Part shown: piece by piece, positions 30,548 to 43,302 of the stretch | Layout of the letters: every line of letters starts with the position of its first letter | How positions within the stretch are numbered: the stretch's first letter is position 1 | Assembly: GCA_964016885.1 (NCBI GenBank) | Contig: OZ024755.1 | Coordinates: 2,852,001 to 2,916,000, forward strand | Reading direction: 5' to 3' | Source: Eledone cirrhosa | Taxonomy: Eukaryota | Length of the DNA stretch: 64,000 bases | Position numbers and translations under genes: made by a program | The notes under the pieces: generated by a model | Seen by the model: only the letters and a program-made list of their open reading frames with translations | The model's database searches: none | What the model was told of the DNA's origin: nothing

Positions 30548-30637
30548 TCCTCGACTACGTAGTTTCGTGGCATAAACAAAAACAATATATCATAAAGACA
30601 TAGAGTCCTTGCGAGGTCTGCCGACTTATCAAGAGGA
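30548..30637 (-). ncRNA. Type I hammerhead, U3-A8 (family D)
   Basis: Reverse complement of 31008-31097. Confidence 0.75.
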
Positions 30638-30848
30638 TACCTCATTTTACTAGTCTCAAGAACGCGTCTACACGACGTGAGAAAGAATCCCAAAAGGCGG
30701 AGGGGGAGATAGTCACGCGATATAACGGTCGAGAAACAGAGCTAAGCCTCTTATAACCCCGAAGAAAATACCACGGAGGCGGAGGGGGTTGGAAAGCTTC
30801 CATTACTCATACTTCTCGCCTTCTTCACCACCTCTTCTGCGGCCTCGA

Positions 30849-30856
30849 TATAAATA
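30849..30856 (+). promoter_or_regulatory. TATA-box-like motif upstream of the family D HHR
   Basis: TATAAATA in a GC-rich context ~150 nt 5' of the ribozyme; also present in copy 1. Confidence 0.35.
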
Positions 30857-31007
30857 CCCCCTCCGCCTCCGTGGTATTTTCTTCGGGGTTATAAGAGGCT
30901 TAGCTCTGTTTCTCGACCGGTATATCGCGTGACTATCTCCCCCTCCGCCTTTTGGGATTCTTTCTCACGTCGTGTAGACGCGTTCTTGAGACTAGTAAAA
31001 TGAGGTA

Positions 31008-31097
31008 TCCTCTTGATAAGTCGGCAGACCTCGCAAGGACTCTATGTCTTTATGATATATTGTTTTTGTTTATGCCACGAAACTACGTAGTCGAGGA
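31008..31097 (+). ncRNA. Type I hammerhead, U3-A8 (family D)
   Basis: Stem I TCCTC/GAGGA, core TTGATAA 31013-31019, long stem II, GAAAC 31079-31083, loop TACGTA, GTC cleavage triplet 31090-31092. Confidence 0.78.
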
Positions 31098-31199
31098 ATT
31101 TAGGAGCAGTTTAGGTATGATACATTTTATTACTAATTATATCTAAATGTTTCTTCTCTCTTCATAATGTATATATATATATATATATATCTGTAATGT

Positions 31200-31222
31200 A
31201 TTATTATGTGTGTGTATGTATG

Positions 31223-31259
<37 letters not shown>

Positions 31260-31883
31260 GTGTGTGTGTATCTATATGTGTATGTATATGTGTGTGTGTG
31301 TGTGTGTATCTATATGTGTATGTATATATGTATGAATGTGTGTGTGTATGTATATGTGTATGTATATATGTATGCGTGTATGAATGTGTGTGTGTGTATG
31401 TATGCATGTCTATATATATGTGTGTGTGTGTGTGTATCTATATGTGTGTGTATATATGTATGTGTGTGTGTATGTATGCATGTCTATATATATATGTGTG
31501 TGTATCTATATGTGTATGTATATATGTATGCGTGTATGAATGTGTGTGTGTATGTATGTATATGTGTGTGTGTGTGTATGCATGTCTATATATATATATA
31601 TATGTATGTGTGTATGTATACATATGAGTATATATATATATGTATATATATAAAGAGAGAGAGATAGATAGATATAATTATTATTTTAATATTTACTCTA
31701 AGATTGATCAACCGTTTTATGTGCCTCTTAGAACCCTCCTCAGGGGAACAATGCTGACTAAAGATCTAAGATCAACATGAAATAGTTGAATCAATCGAAG
31801 AGCCAATTACACAGATATAATTAATTAAACTCAGCCTTGTACTATGTGCTTGGACGTCATTGAAATGTTCTTTACACACACAA

Positions 31884-31925
<42 letters not shown>

Positions 31926-31999
31926 GTATATATATTATATTCATGTATATATAGATGTATGTATATTGATGTATTTAGTTAGTTTTTTATTCACTGAAT

Positions 32000-32059
<60 letters not shown>

Positions 32060-32353
32060 CGTATGTATATAGATATATATAGATATGTATATGTATATGT
32101 GTGTGTATATATATGTATATATATGTATATAAATATGTGTGTTTGTATATGTATATGTGTGTATATATATATGTATGTATGTGTATATATATGTATATAA
32201 ATATATGTGTTTGTATATGTATATGTGTGTATATATATATATATGTATGTATGTGTATATATATGTATATAAATATATGTGTTTGTATATGTATGTGTGT
32301 ATATATATATATATATGTATGTATATGTATATATATGTATATAAATATGTGTT

Positions 32354-32398
<45 letters not shown>

Positions 32399-32593
32399 AT
32401 GTATATATATGTATATAAATATATGTTTGTATATGTATATGTGTGTATATATATATATGTATATATATGTATATAAATATGTGTTTGTATATGTATGTGT
32501 GTATATATGTATATATATGTATATAAATATGTGTTTGTATATGTATATGTGTGTATATATATATATATGTATATAAATATATGTGTTTGTATA

Positions 32594-32636
<43 letters not shown>

Positions 32637-32672
32637 ATGTATTATATATGTATATAAATATGTGTTTGTATA

Positions 32673-32735
<63 letters not shown>

Positions 32736-32771
32736 ATGTATTATATATGTATATAAATATATGTGTGTTTG

Positions 32772-32807
<36 letters not shown>
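31200..32807. repeat. TG/TA compound microsatellite blocks (31200-31670, 32000-32807)
   Basis: Direct observation. Confidence 0.9.
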
Positions 32808-32809
<2 letters not shown>

Positions 32810-33322
32810 AGCTCAGGTGGCTGCTTCATAATAGATTGCAGTGGTAGAGTGACTCCCGCTCACCAACCCCCCACCTCCCAGATTTGAAAGGAAGTATTTG
32901 CTATTCATATAGACTAATATCCAATCGACACACGAACATTTGATTAGTGTCTACGGAGTTCGATTTGCTTGATTATCCCGCATTTATTTGGAGAAGGCAA
33001 CGTAGAAAAGGGAAGAGTGTATGGTAGACCCGAGAAAGAAATGTTTGGGGCAAACTTGAAGACGGAAAACGTGAGTAGCAGTCAGATTAGTTGATCGTGA
33101 CGTGGGTCAGTATTTGAGCAGAGATCGAGACTGAGAAGAATTGGAAGTTATGTTTGGGTGTCGAGAGAAGGAATATAATGGAAGGAGATTAAGGTATGGG
33201 AAGGAGATTAAGTGACAGGGAGAGCTGGGGGAGAGGAGGGGCTGTCGCTTGGTTGGAGAGAACTGATGATGGGAATGTGATATGCTCTCTCTCTCACACA
33301 CGCACACACACGCACACACGCA

Positions 33323-33413
<91 letters not shown>

Positions 33414-33557
33414 CTATATATAATAATATAGATAGATAGATATATATGAATGTATATATAGATATAAATACTACTTTGACGCTAAATTCCGCCAGTTGCA
33501 GACATCAACGTGAGATATTTTTCTCCAAAAACTTCGATCACCTACAGCAGAGTATAT

Positions 33558-33594
<37 letters not shown>

Positions 33595-33765
33595 CGTGTG
33601 AGTGTGTGCGTCAGTTTACTGTATCTATGCGTGCGCATGTATATGTGAGTATCTATATATGTATATACGTATGTGTAAAGATAGTGAGAGAGATAGAAGT
33701 TCTGATACGAGAATATATCAAACAATTTAACACTATTTCTCAGAGAAGATTGTGTAAACAAAATA

Positions 33766-33801
<36 letters not shown>

Positions 33802-34439
33802 CAAAAACGAAAAATAGACAGAAAGATAGTAAAAATATACTAGAAAGTAAATAAGGAAGGAAAGAAGGAGAGAAAGGAAGATATAAAGAAGGGAAAATAT
33901 CCATTCAATTGTATGTTAGTCTATATAGTTGCAAAAATGTGTCCCGAATATCTGATAGTTAATAGTGAAATCTCCTCGAGGACAACTGCATTGTTTCGTA
34001 GAAGCAGCTTTGGTTTAGTTACCGTGGGGCATATTAGTGTCATTGTTAGATCAAGCTATTCAATGAATGCAGAAGAACTTGCCGTGTGCACCAGTGCAGT
34101 TGGTGTGTTGTCAGCTTAGTTGGCAGCAGGTTTTTCTTGCTTGCACACACACACATTCGCACGCCCATTCACACGCAGGCACACATGCACACGCACGCAT
34201 GCAGATACACGCAAACACGCACACATATATGCATATATATATATATATATATAGGTATGTGTATATGTCTATGAATATCTACCTATCTATATATATATAT
34301 GTGTGTCTGTGTATACATATGTATGTATATCTACCTACCTATCTATATATATGTGTGTGTGTGTGAATGTGTATGAATATCTATCTATCTATATATGTGT
34401 ACATGTGTGTGTATATATATATATATATATGTGTGTGTA

Positions 34440-34515
<76 letters not shown>

Positions 34516-34597
34516 ATGTATATATATATATATATATATATATATGTAGATATATAATGTATATATATATGTATATATATATATATGTGTGTGTGTG

Positions 34598-34628
<31 letters not shown>

Positions 34629-34733
34629 ATAGATATATATATATATGTGTATATATATATATGTGTATATATGTATATATGTATATATATATGTATATAT
34701 GTATATGTGTATATGTGTATATGTGTATATATG

Positions 34734-34768
<35 letters not shown>

Positions 34769-35039
34769 CGTGACATATAGATATATGATTATATACTAGA
34801 TATAGTATATAATATATTATTATTTATATGTTATATATTCACTGATACGTGCATTAATATCAATTGCGCATATGTAAAGGGGTGCAGAGTTACAGCATGA
34901 GAAAGAGTGATGGGCAGAGGAAGAATAAAGCAAGAGATTGAAAGAGAGGGGTGAGGGAGTCGGTGGGAGAGAGAGAGAAGCTTATATAACATGCGTGTTG
35001 ACAAACAGGCAGTGGGAGGCTAATGTAAGAGAGAGCATA

Positions 35040-35470
35040 TTTGTGTATGTGTGCTGGTATTTGTGTGTGTGTATGTGTGTGTGTGCTTGTATCTGTGTGT
35101 GTGTGTGTGTATGTGTGCTTGTGTCTGTGTGTGTGTGTGTGCTTGTAGCTGTGTGTGTATGTATGCTTGTATCTGTGTGTGTGTGTGCTTGTATCTGTGT
35201 GTGTGTGTGCTTGTATATGTGTGTATGTGTGTGTGTATGTGTGCTTGCATCTATGTGTGTGTGTGTGCTTGTAACTCTGTATGTGTGCTTGTATCTGTGT
35301 ATCTGTGTGTGTGTATGTGTGCTTGCATCTGTGTGTGTGTGTGTGCTTCTAACTCTGTGTGTATGTGTGCTTGTATCTGTGTGTGTATGTCTGCTTGTAT
35401 CTGTGTATCTGTGTGCTTGTATCTGTGTGTATCTGTGTGTGTGTGTATGTGTGTGTGTGTGTGTGTGTGT
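35040..35470. repeat. (TG)n-based degenerate minisatellite with gcttgtatct spacers
   Basis: Direct observation. Confidence 0.85.
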
Positions 35471-35760
35471 AGATGATTCTAAATAGGAATGGTGAAATTG
35501 GAAGAGTAAAATAGACGGAAGCAAACGAGAGGTAACAGCATGAGTTTCTTTATGAAGATATATTGAAATAGTGGGGGGGGGGGGGTCATTCACTCTAACC
35601 TAGGGTCAACCTGTTCTTTCCAGAATGAAATTGGGTTAAAAGAAACTGTTAGGAATCCCGTCACATGGTTTGTTATTCAATCTGTAATTCACACGGGGCC
35701 ATAATTCTGTCTCATATTGTAACGTTATGAGTACAGAGAATTTAATTTCAGCACAATGAA

Positions 35761-36089
35761 ATGACTGCTCAGACACTTGCTTAATTTTATTTATTTAGAC
35801 TTCAGTTACAAGAACGAGGTGTTCCATTGATCGAACAGCTGTAAGAAGCATCGTCGTAAGCGACGGAGGAGGAGGAGGAGGTTCACTGATAGGGGAGGGG
35901 GAGGGGATGGAACGTTCTCTCGTACAAACGACTGCTCAGGCACTTGCTTAATTTTACTTACTTAAACTTTAGCTTCAGGAACGAGGTGTTCCATTGATCG
36001 AACAGCTGTAAGAAGCATCGTCATAAGCGACGGGGGAGAAGGAGGAGGTTCACTGATAGGGGAGGGAATGGAACGTTCTCTCTTGTACA
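35761..36089 (+). repeat. Diverged ~165-bp tandem duplication of a SINE-tail-like sequence
   Basis: 35761-35926 and 35929-36089 share gaacgaggtgttccattgatcgaacagctgtaagaagcatcgtc. Confidence 0.8.
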
Positions 36090-36839
36090 TGGCAATGATA
36101 GAAGAATAGAGGTGGAGGTAAAGACGAAGGGAGCGGGTTGAAGTTGATTGTTTGTAGAAGAAAGAATGGCTGATTATTTTCGATGGTCTGCTCGGCACCT
36201 CAGGTGAACGAATGCTGAGTTCATCGTGTAAGTGGTTCATAATACCAGAAAGAAGATGAGAAGGGGGGGGGAGAATGTGCTAGGTGGGAAGTGATATTAG
36301 ATGATGTATGTATGTGTAGCTATTTGTGATTCCAGTGCAAGCAGTGTTAAATCTAACGCTGGTTATTGTTGCAGCAGCCTGCAGTGTCTATATATACAAT
36401 AATGCCATACATAAAACAAAACAAACGCAAACAAACAAACAGACGGCCATAGATATATGTATATAGGCATTTACATGTATGTACATGAATAAACACTAGT
36501 GTTTAGTGTCTATTTTAAAAGTACATACACAACCACACTCAGTCACAATCATACATACACCTGCACACACACAAACACACATTCACACAAACACACATTC
36601 ACACACACATCGATATATATATATATATATATATTAAATTACAAAATATGTGAAAATAATAGACAAAAATATACCTGTGTGTGTGAATAAACACTTCCAC
36701 ATACATAGAAATACATTCAACAAGCTTCCAATAGGGATATAAAAACTTGTAAAGAAATATAGAACCTCAATTAATATAAATGAATAGTACATATTTTTCA
36801 AAAGAGTTTTGAAATTCTTACTAATTCTGCTGCTGGTTC

Positions 36840-36882
<43 letters not shown>

Positions 36883-36933
36883 AATATATATCTCTCTCTC
36901 TCTCTCTCTCTCTCTAAATATATATATATATAT

Positions 36934-37345
36934 AATATAAGATCAAAAGATGGTTAAAGGAGTTCCATGTATTTTATTATGTGCATTTCAAAAACAAACA
37001 TCATCATGCAATAATATTTGTGTTTTCATCAGATAAAACAGGAGAACATGATATGAAGGCTAAAAAACACTTGTGGATAGTGCAGTTTTAAATCTACATA
37101 TATAACTGCACTATCCACAAGTGTTTTTTAGCCTTCATATCATGTTCTCCTGTTTTATCTGATGAAAACACAAATATTATTGCATGATGATGTTTGTTTT
37201 TGAAATGCGCATAATAAAATACATGGAACTCCTTTAACCATCTTTTGATCTTATATTTTGTATACTCCAGTCCTACAAACTGTAGAGTGCTTCTTATCCG
37301 ATATCTGCATTGCTTTATTGTACTACAATAAAACTCACCTCCTAC

Positions 37346-37348
<3 letters not shown>
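36934..37348. mobile_element. Family G fold-back insert with two opposed HHRs
   Basis: Arms ~36934-37086 and ~37104-37256, tail to 37348, (TA)n flanks. Confidence 0.88.
37152..37220 (+). ncRNA. Type I hammerhead (family G)
   Basis: GTTTTAT-CTGATGA-AAAC..GTTTTT-GAAA-TGCGCA-TA|ATAAAAT; palindromic loop III. Confidence 0.78.
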
Positions 37349-37418
<70 letters not shown>

Positions 37419-37878
37419 GATAACAAATTATCGTTATAGGTAATCAATGAAACAATTGTTAATACTGTAAACCCTTTGTGTACTGTTGACCATGTTATTC
37501 TTCACTATTTCACTATATAGAGAGATCTGTAAGCAACACATTGTAATATAGATATTTTGGGGAATTATACGTGTACAATATATCAACAGCGTACAGTCTG
37601 ATGAACCAGATTTTTTTCAGAAACTTCTAAGTCATTCCGAATCTTGCGCCCTGAAAACATAATGTATGTCCTACATATAAGCATTGAGTGCTATATATAT
37701 ATGGCAAGCTAATTAGAACACTGGATTAACTCCTTACCTTCCCTCAGAAGAAGAGATATTATCTCGAAATATCAGGATATTCAAATAAATTTAAGGTAGA
37801 AGACTAATTGTGAGCGGTATGTTTTGTATTTATATTCTATATCCATACCTGCACTGTTCTGGCCTGCTAACTTCAAAC

Positions 37879-37934
<56 letters not shown>

Positions 37935-37938
<4 letters not shown>

Positions 37939-38277
37939 TGGGAACACCCAACAAATAAGGATCTCTATGGCAATATACCACCTATCAGCAGGTCAATACG
38001 TAAACAGAGACTCAGATTTGCTGGCCACTGTTGGCGCAGCAAGGAAGAAATAGCAGGCAATGTGTTGTTATGGAGTCCATCTCATGGAGCAAGAAACGCT
38101 GGTCGTCCCAAGAAAACATATGTCAAGCAACTTGAGGACGATACTAGATGCACTGCGGAAGAACTGGCAAACGCTATGAGAGAGACAGATATGGATGGAG
38201 GAAACGTGTCGTAGAAGGCCGAGAAGCTCAACCTGATGATGACGATGATGATGATGATGACGATGACGATGATGATG
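37935..38277 (+). mobile_element. RTE-clade LINE 3' end with (GAT)n tail
   Basis: HPTNKDLYGNIPPIS..RLRFAGHCWRSKEE..LLWSPSHG..GRPKKTYVKQL. Confidence 0.92.
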
Positions 38278-38414
38278 TATATATGTATATATATATATAT
38301 ACACCGACATATGTATATATATATATATGCACCGACAGCATAGAGATTTCCAGAGGTTGACTAAGGAGATAGGACTGTCAGTTTTTGCGTTGTCTTTTCC
38401 ATTGGATTTGTGCT

Positions 38415-38715
38415 GTCTAAAGTGTGTCCCGACCAAAGAAGCTCATCAGTCCGGTGCTCACCTCATTTTTCATGGAGTTAAGCGACTGAGGGTTCAAGAC
38501 TCTACCATCACACCCACCCTGGGGAGGACGCCAATCCATCACAAGGTTAAAAACCAACTATTGCTAATATGCATTTTCAGCTGAGCTGAGCATACTGGAG
38601 GAATGTGAAATGAAGTGTTTTGTTCAAGAACACAACACACAACCTGGTCCAAGTGTCGTACCCAAAACATTAGGGTCATAATTACAACACCCTTACCACT
38701 AAGCCACGCGCCTCC
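38415..38715 (-). mobile_element. SINE S3, near full length
   Basis: Head ggaggcgcgtggcttagtggtaagggtg on minus; central and 3' domains as at 6505 and 12940. Confidence 0.85.
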
Positions 38716-38898
38716 ACTTCCTTGAGCAGGCTTTTCCGTTGCTAGTATCATCTGGAATACTCATCGTAGTATCCGATGAAGTTCCAGTAGTTTTTCTTTT
38801 ATACTTACATATATTTTTATATATATATGTATATATTTATATCTATATCTCACTCCCTTTCCTCTTAATTTCACTCTCTCTCTCTCTAGATAGATATA

Positions 38899-38936
<38 letters not shown>

Positions 38937-39577
38937 TATATGTATATATATACTGTATATATACATACATATATATATATATATGTATATATATACTGTA
39001 TATATACATACATATATATATATATGTATATATATACTGTATATATACATACATATATATATATATGTATATATATACAGTATATATATACATACATATA
39101 TATGTATATATATACAGTATATATATACATATATATGTATATATATATATACATAGATATATATATATGTATGTATTTATACGTGTGTTTGTATGTATGT
39201 ATTCGCAGATATAAGTGTATGAGAGAGTCAGGATAACATGTTACTGAATTGTACAGCTAACATGAATAATGCAGAACATATCCCGTGATACCTCAGTGCA
39301 TTGTGTTTCCTCCTCCACCCCGCCCTCTCTTTAATACTAAGTCCTACAGTCTAAAACATATAAAACACCTGCATATAGCAGTCGCCTTTTATCCTCTAGA
39401 TTATTATATATTACCCAGCTTGCAGTCATACAAATGTCTATGATAGGTTTCTGTAGAAGCGTACATCTAATATACCTGTGAGCAAACTTAAACACAACGC
39501 ACATATTTATTTATTAAATACTATGTATATACACACACACACACATATATATGTCTATATATATATATATATATATA

Positions 39578-39666
39578 ACGAAGGAAGAGTAGTAAGGAAC
39601 CAGATGGACCAAAACGCACCAGATTACTCAATACTTAGAGTAGTAGAGTGGGTAATAGGAAAATAT
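39578..39666. mobile_element. Family A tail fragment in (TA)n
   Basis: Matches 3781-3866. Confidence 0.8.
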
Positions 39667-39694
39667 TGATATATATATATATATATATATATAT

Positions 39695-40131
39695 ACGATA
39701 TTAAATAAATGGAAACTATATTTATAAAACCATATTTATTTCATTATACATATTTCAGGGATACCAAATTAAAATATGGTATGCCTTCATCAGACAAAAT
39801 ACAATATATAAACAGTTTTATAAATAATTTTGACGTACCCTATTAAATGCAACCATTATTTTTGGAAGCTGTTTCCAAAAATAATGGTTGCATTTAATAG
39901 GGTACGTCAAAATTATTTATAAAACTGTTTATATATTGTATTTTGTCTGATGAAGGCATACCATATTTTAATTTGGTATCCCTGAAATATATATAATGAA
40001 ATAAATATGGTTTTATAAATATAGTTTCCATTTATTTAATATCGTATATCTACTCCAAAAACTTGTCGAGTGCTTTATATCAGTTATAAAATATTTACTT
40101 GTTGTATCCCAACAATTTTAAATAGAACTTT

Positions 40132-40134
<3 letters not shown>
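39695..40134. mobile_element. Family F-related fold-back insert with ~170-bp near-perfect arms
   Basis: Centre ggaagctgtttcc ~39870; arms to ~40046; tail to 40134. Confidence 0.9.
39940..40002 (+). ncRNA. Type I hammerhead (family F2); mirror copy on minus at 39738-39800
   Basis: ATTTTGT-CTGATGA-AGGcATACCA..TGGTATcCCT-GAAA-TATATA-TA|ATGAAAT. Confidence 0.78.
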
Positions 40135-40168
<34 letters not shown>

Positions 40169-40170
<2 letters not shown>

Positions 40171-40307
40171 CCGTATCTAGTTGATGGACGAGAGAGAACA
40201 GTACTCAATACCGAAGTACAGATTTAAATGTTCATTTTATTAAGGATAAATAGTGAGTCTTGTTACTCAGGAGTTTCACTCTCTTGTTCACAGGGTCATC
40301 AGCTGAT
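40169..40307 (-). mobile_element. Family I insert truncated at the HHR core
   Basis: CTGATGA-CCCT..AGAGT-GAAAC-TCCTGA-GTA|ACAAGA; homologue at 53985-54124. Confidence 0.7.
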
Positions 40308-40460
40308 AGAGTCGAAGTCAGTGTTGCGTTATATGTAAAAACTTGACTTGCATATTACAATTGTTTCGATATAAGCTCAGGATACAATCAGGGTGATGCA
40401 GCGCGTTCGACATCTCGTTAGATATGCGAGCTTCTATATGCAAAGACATATATATATATA

Positions 40461-40578
40461 AGAGAATATTGAAGTTTGCTTGAAACATTGTGGAACAATA
40501 AGTAAATATCTTTAAGTCGTTTGGAAGCCTCGACAATGCAAATGCATTTGCATTGTCGAGGCTTCCAAACGACTTAAA

Positions 40579-40581
<3 letters not shown>
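40461..40581. mobile_element. Family H insert: 72-bp perfect palindrome plus tail
   Basis: 40509-40580 centred on aaatg|cattt; (TA)n flanks. Confidence 0.8.
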
Positions 40582-40617
<36 letters not shown>

Positions 40618-40829
40618 GGTGGCATTGTTAAGGAACATATTTTCCTTCAAACAAATATTGAAAAAGCACGTGTGCACGAGGAGTTTAATATATATTATGA
40701 AGGATGTTCCTATTCCCTTATTCCTGTTTTATGCTTAGTTTGGAACAATATCGTTCCTAACTCCTTATTTATATTAATATTTGGAGACCTTCATGACACC
40801 ACTCCCGAATCACAATCGTCAAATATGTA

Positions 40830-41440
40830 AGCGTATTTTTCATGTACATAGCAACGATCGTACAGGATCGTGCGAGTAATAGGTTCATGGACACCTGGTG
40901 TAAATTTCTTGATAGGTTGAAGTATGTCAGTTATTGTAATGACTCTCTTGTATACAGTATATGTGTGTATGACATCCCCCCCCCCAATCTTTTTAAAATG
41001 CAAATATCTAAGAAGGATTATTCTGACGATCCTCCAAAATCATATTCGCTAGAATTCCATTACTTAACTGTCATTCAAAATCGATTCCCTATTGCATTCA
41101 TAAAAAATGTATACCTATATTTCGAATGGAAGTTGGTGTTAGTTCTCCCATTGGGAGCTGCCGCATATCTTTTCATACTAATTTTTCACCGGATTCACTG
41201 TTCGCCATGAGCGTCACTATATTTACTTGCCCACATTTTCTTTGTGTTTATAAAAGAATACCTCTCTTTCCTCCTTCCATAGACATATATATAGGGTGCC
41301 TCAACAGCCACTATCTATGTATAATTTGTTGCTCCCTGTATAGTGAGTTGACAGATGGTCTATGTTGACTGCCATTTCTAGTGGCACTTTGGACTCGTTC
41401 CGTTTGTCGGTATATACGAATATATACCTTGTTGATAGAT
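40830..41440 (-). pseudogene. Possible decayed Penelope-like reverse transcriptase fragment
   Basis: FFMNAIGNRF*MTVK*W..SFLDICILKR and TVYKRVITITDIL recall PLE 'FT.E..FLD..I.R..T.VYRK.T.T' motifs; many stops. Confidence 0.4.
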
Positions 41441-41526
41441 CTATGTATGCGTACAGGATTAATTTCTTACACTGCGCGGGTTCAATGAAGAATGAACATA
41501 TTTCTATTAACGTGTATGTATGTATG

Positions 41527-41566
<40 letters not shown>

Positions 41567-41634
41567 TATATCGGACCGAGGAAACAATGTTTCTGTTGGT
41601 CTTTCCAATTGCTAGTACTATCTATCGGTCGCAA

Positions 41635-41955
41635 CTCCAGGTAGAAGGAGCAACGTGAAATGGTGTGTCTTGCCCAAGGACATAACGCATCGCCCGGTTC
41701 GGGGATCGAACTCACATGCTCACGATTGCGAATCCAATTTTCTAACCAAAGATATGATAGGATATGAATCGAAGTTGTAGCTGCAATATACCAGGTATAT
41801 ATATAAAGAGTCTAAAGTCTGTCTCGAGGTCGGAGAATCATCAGACCGTTGCTTATCCTGGTTTCCGTGGCAAGAAGCGACTGAGATACAAGATTCTTCC
41901 CTGAACGGGATGCCAATCCATCGCAGAGTTAAACCCCAGTCATTGCTGGTACTTT
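41635..41955 (-). mobile_element. SINE S3 fragments (head 41635-41727, tail 41810-41955)
   Basis: ggggatcgaactc B box (antisense); ccaatccatcgcag domain. Confidence 0.75.
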
Positions 41956-41989
41956 TTTATATCCCACACAGTGCAGGTAGATAATGCAC

Positions 41990-42570
41990 CGTGGTATTGT
42001 GTCATCTGTCAAGTTGCAACAAGGACCTCAGACATATAATACTTTCCTTAAAATGTGCGCAGTACTTAGCAAAGTCACCTTTTGTATAAAACCTAACTTG
42101 TATGGCATTCTCAGTCGCTTTAAGAAGTCTTGAGGTTTCATTAGGATTGACCCAAAGCCCCAATCACAACTGGTATCACATTCACATTAACCTCTTGCAT
42201 TTCAAATAATCTTGCCAGCTCCTATTTAAATTCTGAGTACTTAGTGATATTTTCCAATCTTCTTACTCGTAATATTCTTGACATTTGGTGCAGCTTGGGC
42301 GATAATCTGAGAGTTTTTGTCTTTCCTGTCCAACATGACAATGTCTGGTCGGGGATGCTTAATTACTCTATCAGTTTCAAAATCATAATCCCAGAATATC
42401 GTTGCTTTCCCATCCTCCTGCATTACTTTACAAGATACATGCTCCAACCAATTCTCTTTGACATCATATTGGTGTTTTCTACACAGAATCCAATGAAGGT
42501 AGAGACAGACTTTATCACGGCAGCGCTTGAATTCTTTTTGCGCACGGCTCTGACATCAACTTATCAAGTG
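41990..42570 (-). mobile_element. R4/Dong-clade non-LTR retrotransposon 3' fragment (RLE domain)
   Basis: WDYDFETDRVIKHPRPDIVMLD, VIPVVIGALG, and terminal QKVTLLSTAHILRKVL followed by a stop at 42028-42030. Confidence 0.88.
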
Positions 42571-43270
42571 GGCCACATTTTCGATTTAATCGACTTTCCC
42601 TTTCCCCAAAAATTATTGGCCTTGTGCCTAAAGCAGAAACCGTTATTATTACCATCATTTTTATTAGTAATATTATTACCATCATTTTTATTAGTAATAT
42701 TTCCTAAGAAAGAAAAGTAAAATGAAAAAAAATAAACAAAGCATAAGAAGAAAATAATATGACAAAACCATAAGATAAAAATACGAGTGGAATGGTAAAA
42801 ATATATATAAACATAGATATGAATGAAGCAAAAATCCAAATCTTAAATGAAAAGGCAAGAAATAGCAAAAAGATGAGAAAAATGAACAAAGGAGGAAAAA
42901 AAACGGACGAAAATAAACGAAAAAAGATAATGGAAATGAATATAAGAAAATATTCAAAAAAATAAAAGATGTAAAAAAAAAAATGAACCAAAGAAAAAAA
43001 GGAATAAAAGACAAAGAAAAGATGACTGGAAGCAAAAGGACATTGTAATCTTGTTTTGAGACAATAACGATCATCATGTTCATAGCAGCAGTTATTTAGT
43101 TTGTATAGATGTATTGAAGATGTGTAAGAAAGGTCAATAGAATAATGAGATATGTTGTCAATATATGTGAGAGAATCTGTCAACGTATATATACATATAA
43201 ATGTATATATATATATATATATACATATAAATGTATATATATATATATATATATAAATGTATATATATGT

Positions 43271-43302
<32 letters not shown>

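Larger units (their letters stand above)
30313..31171. mobile_element. Family D element, copy 2, with a ~315-bp inverted repeat
   Basis: Minus segment 30313-30789, plus segment 30790-31171; arms ~30475-30789 and ~30856-31171. Confidence 0.9.
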
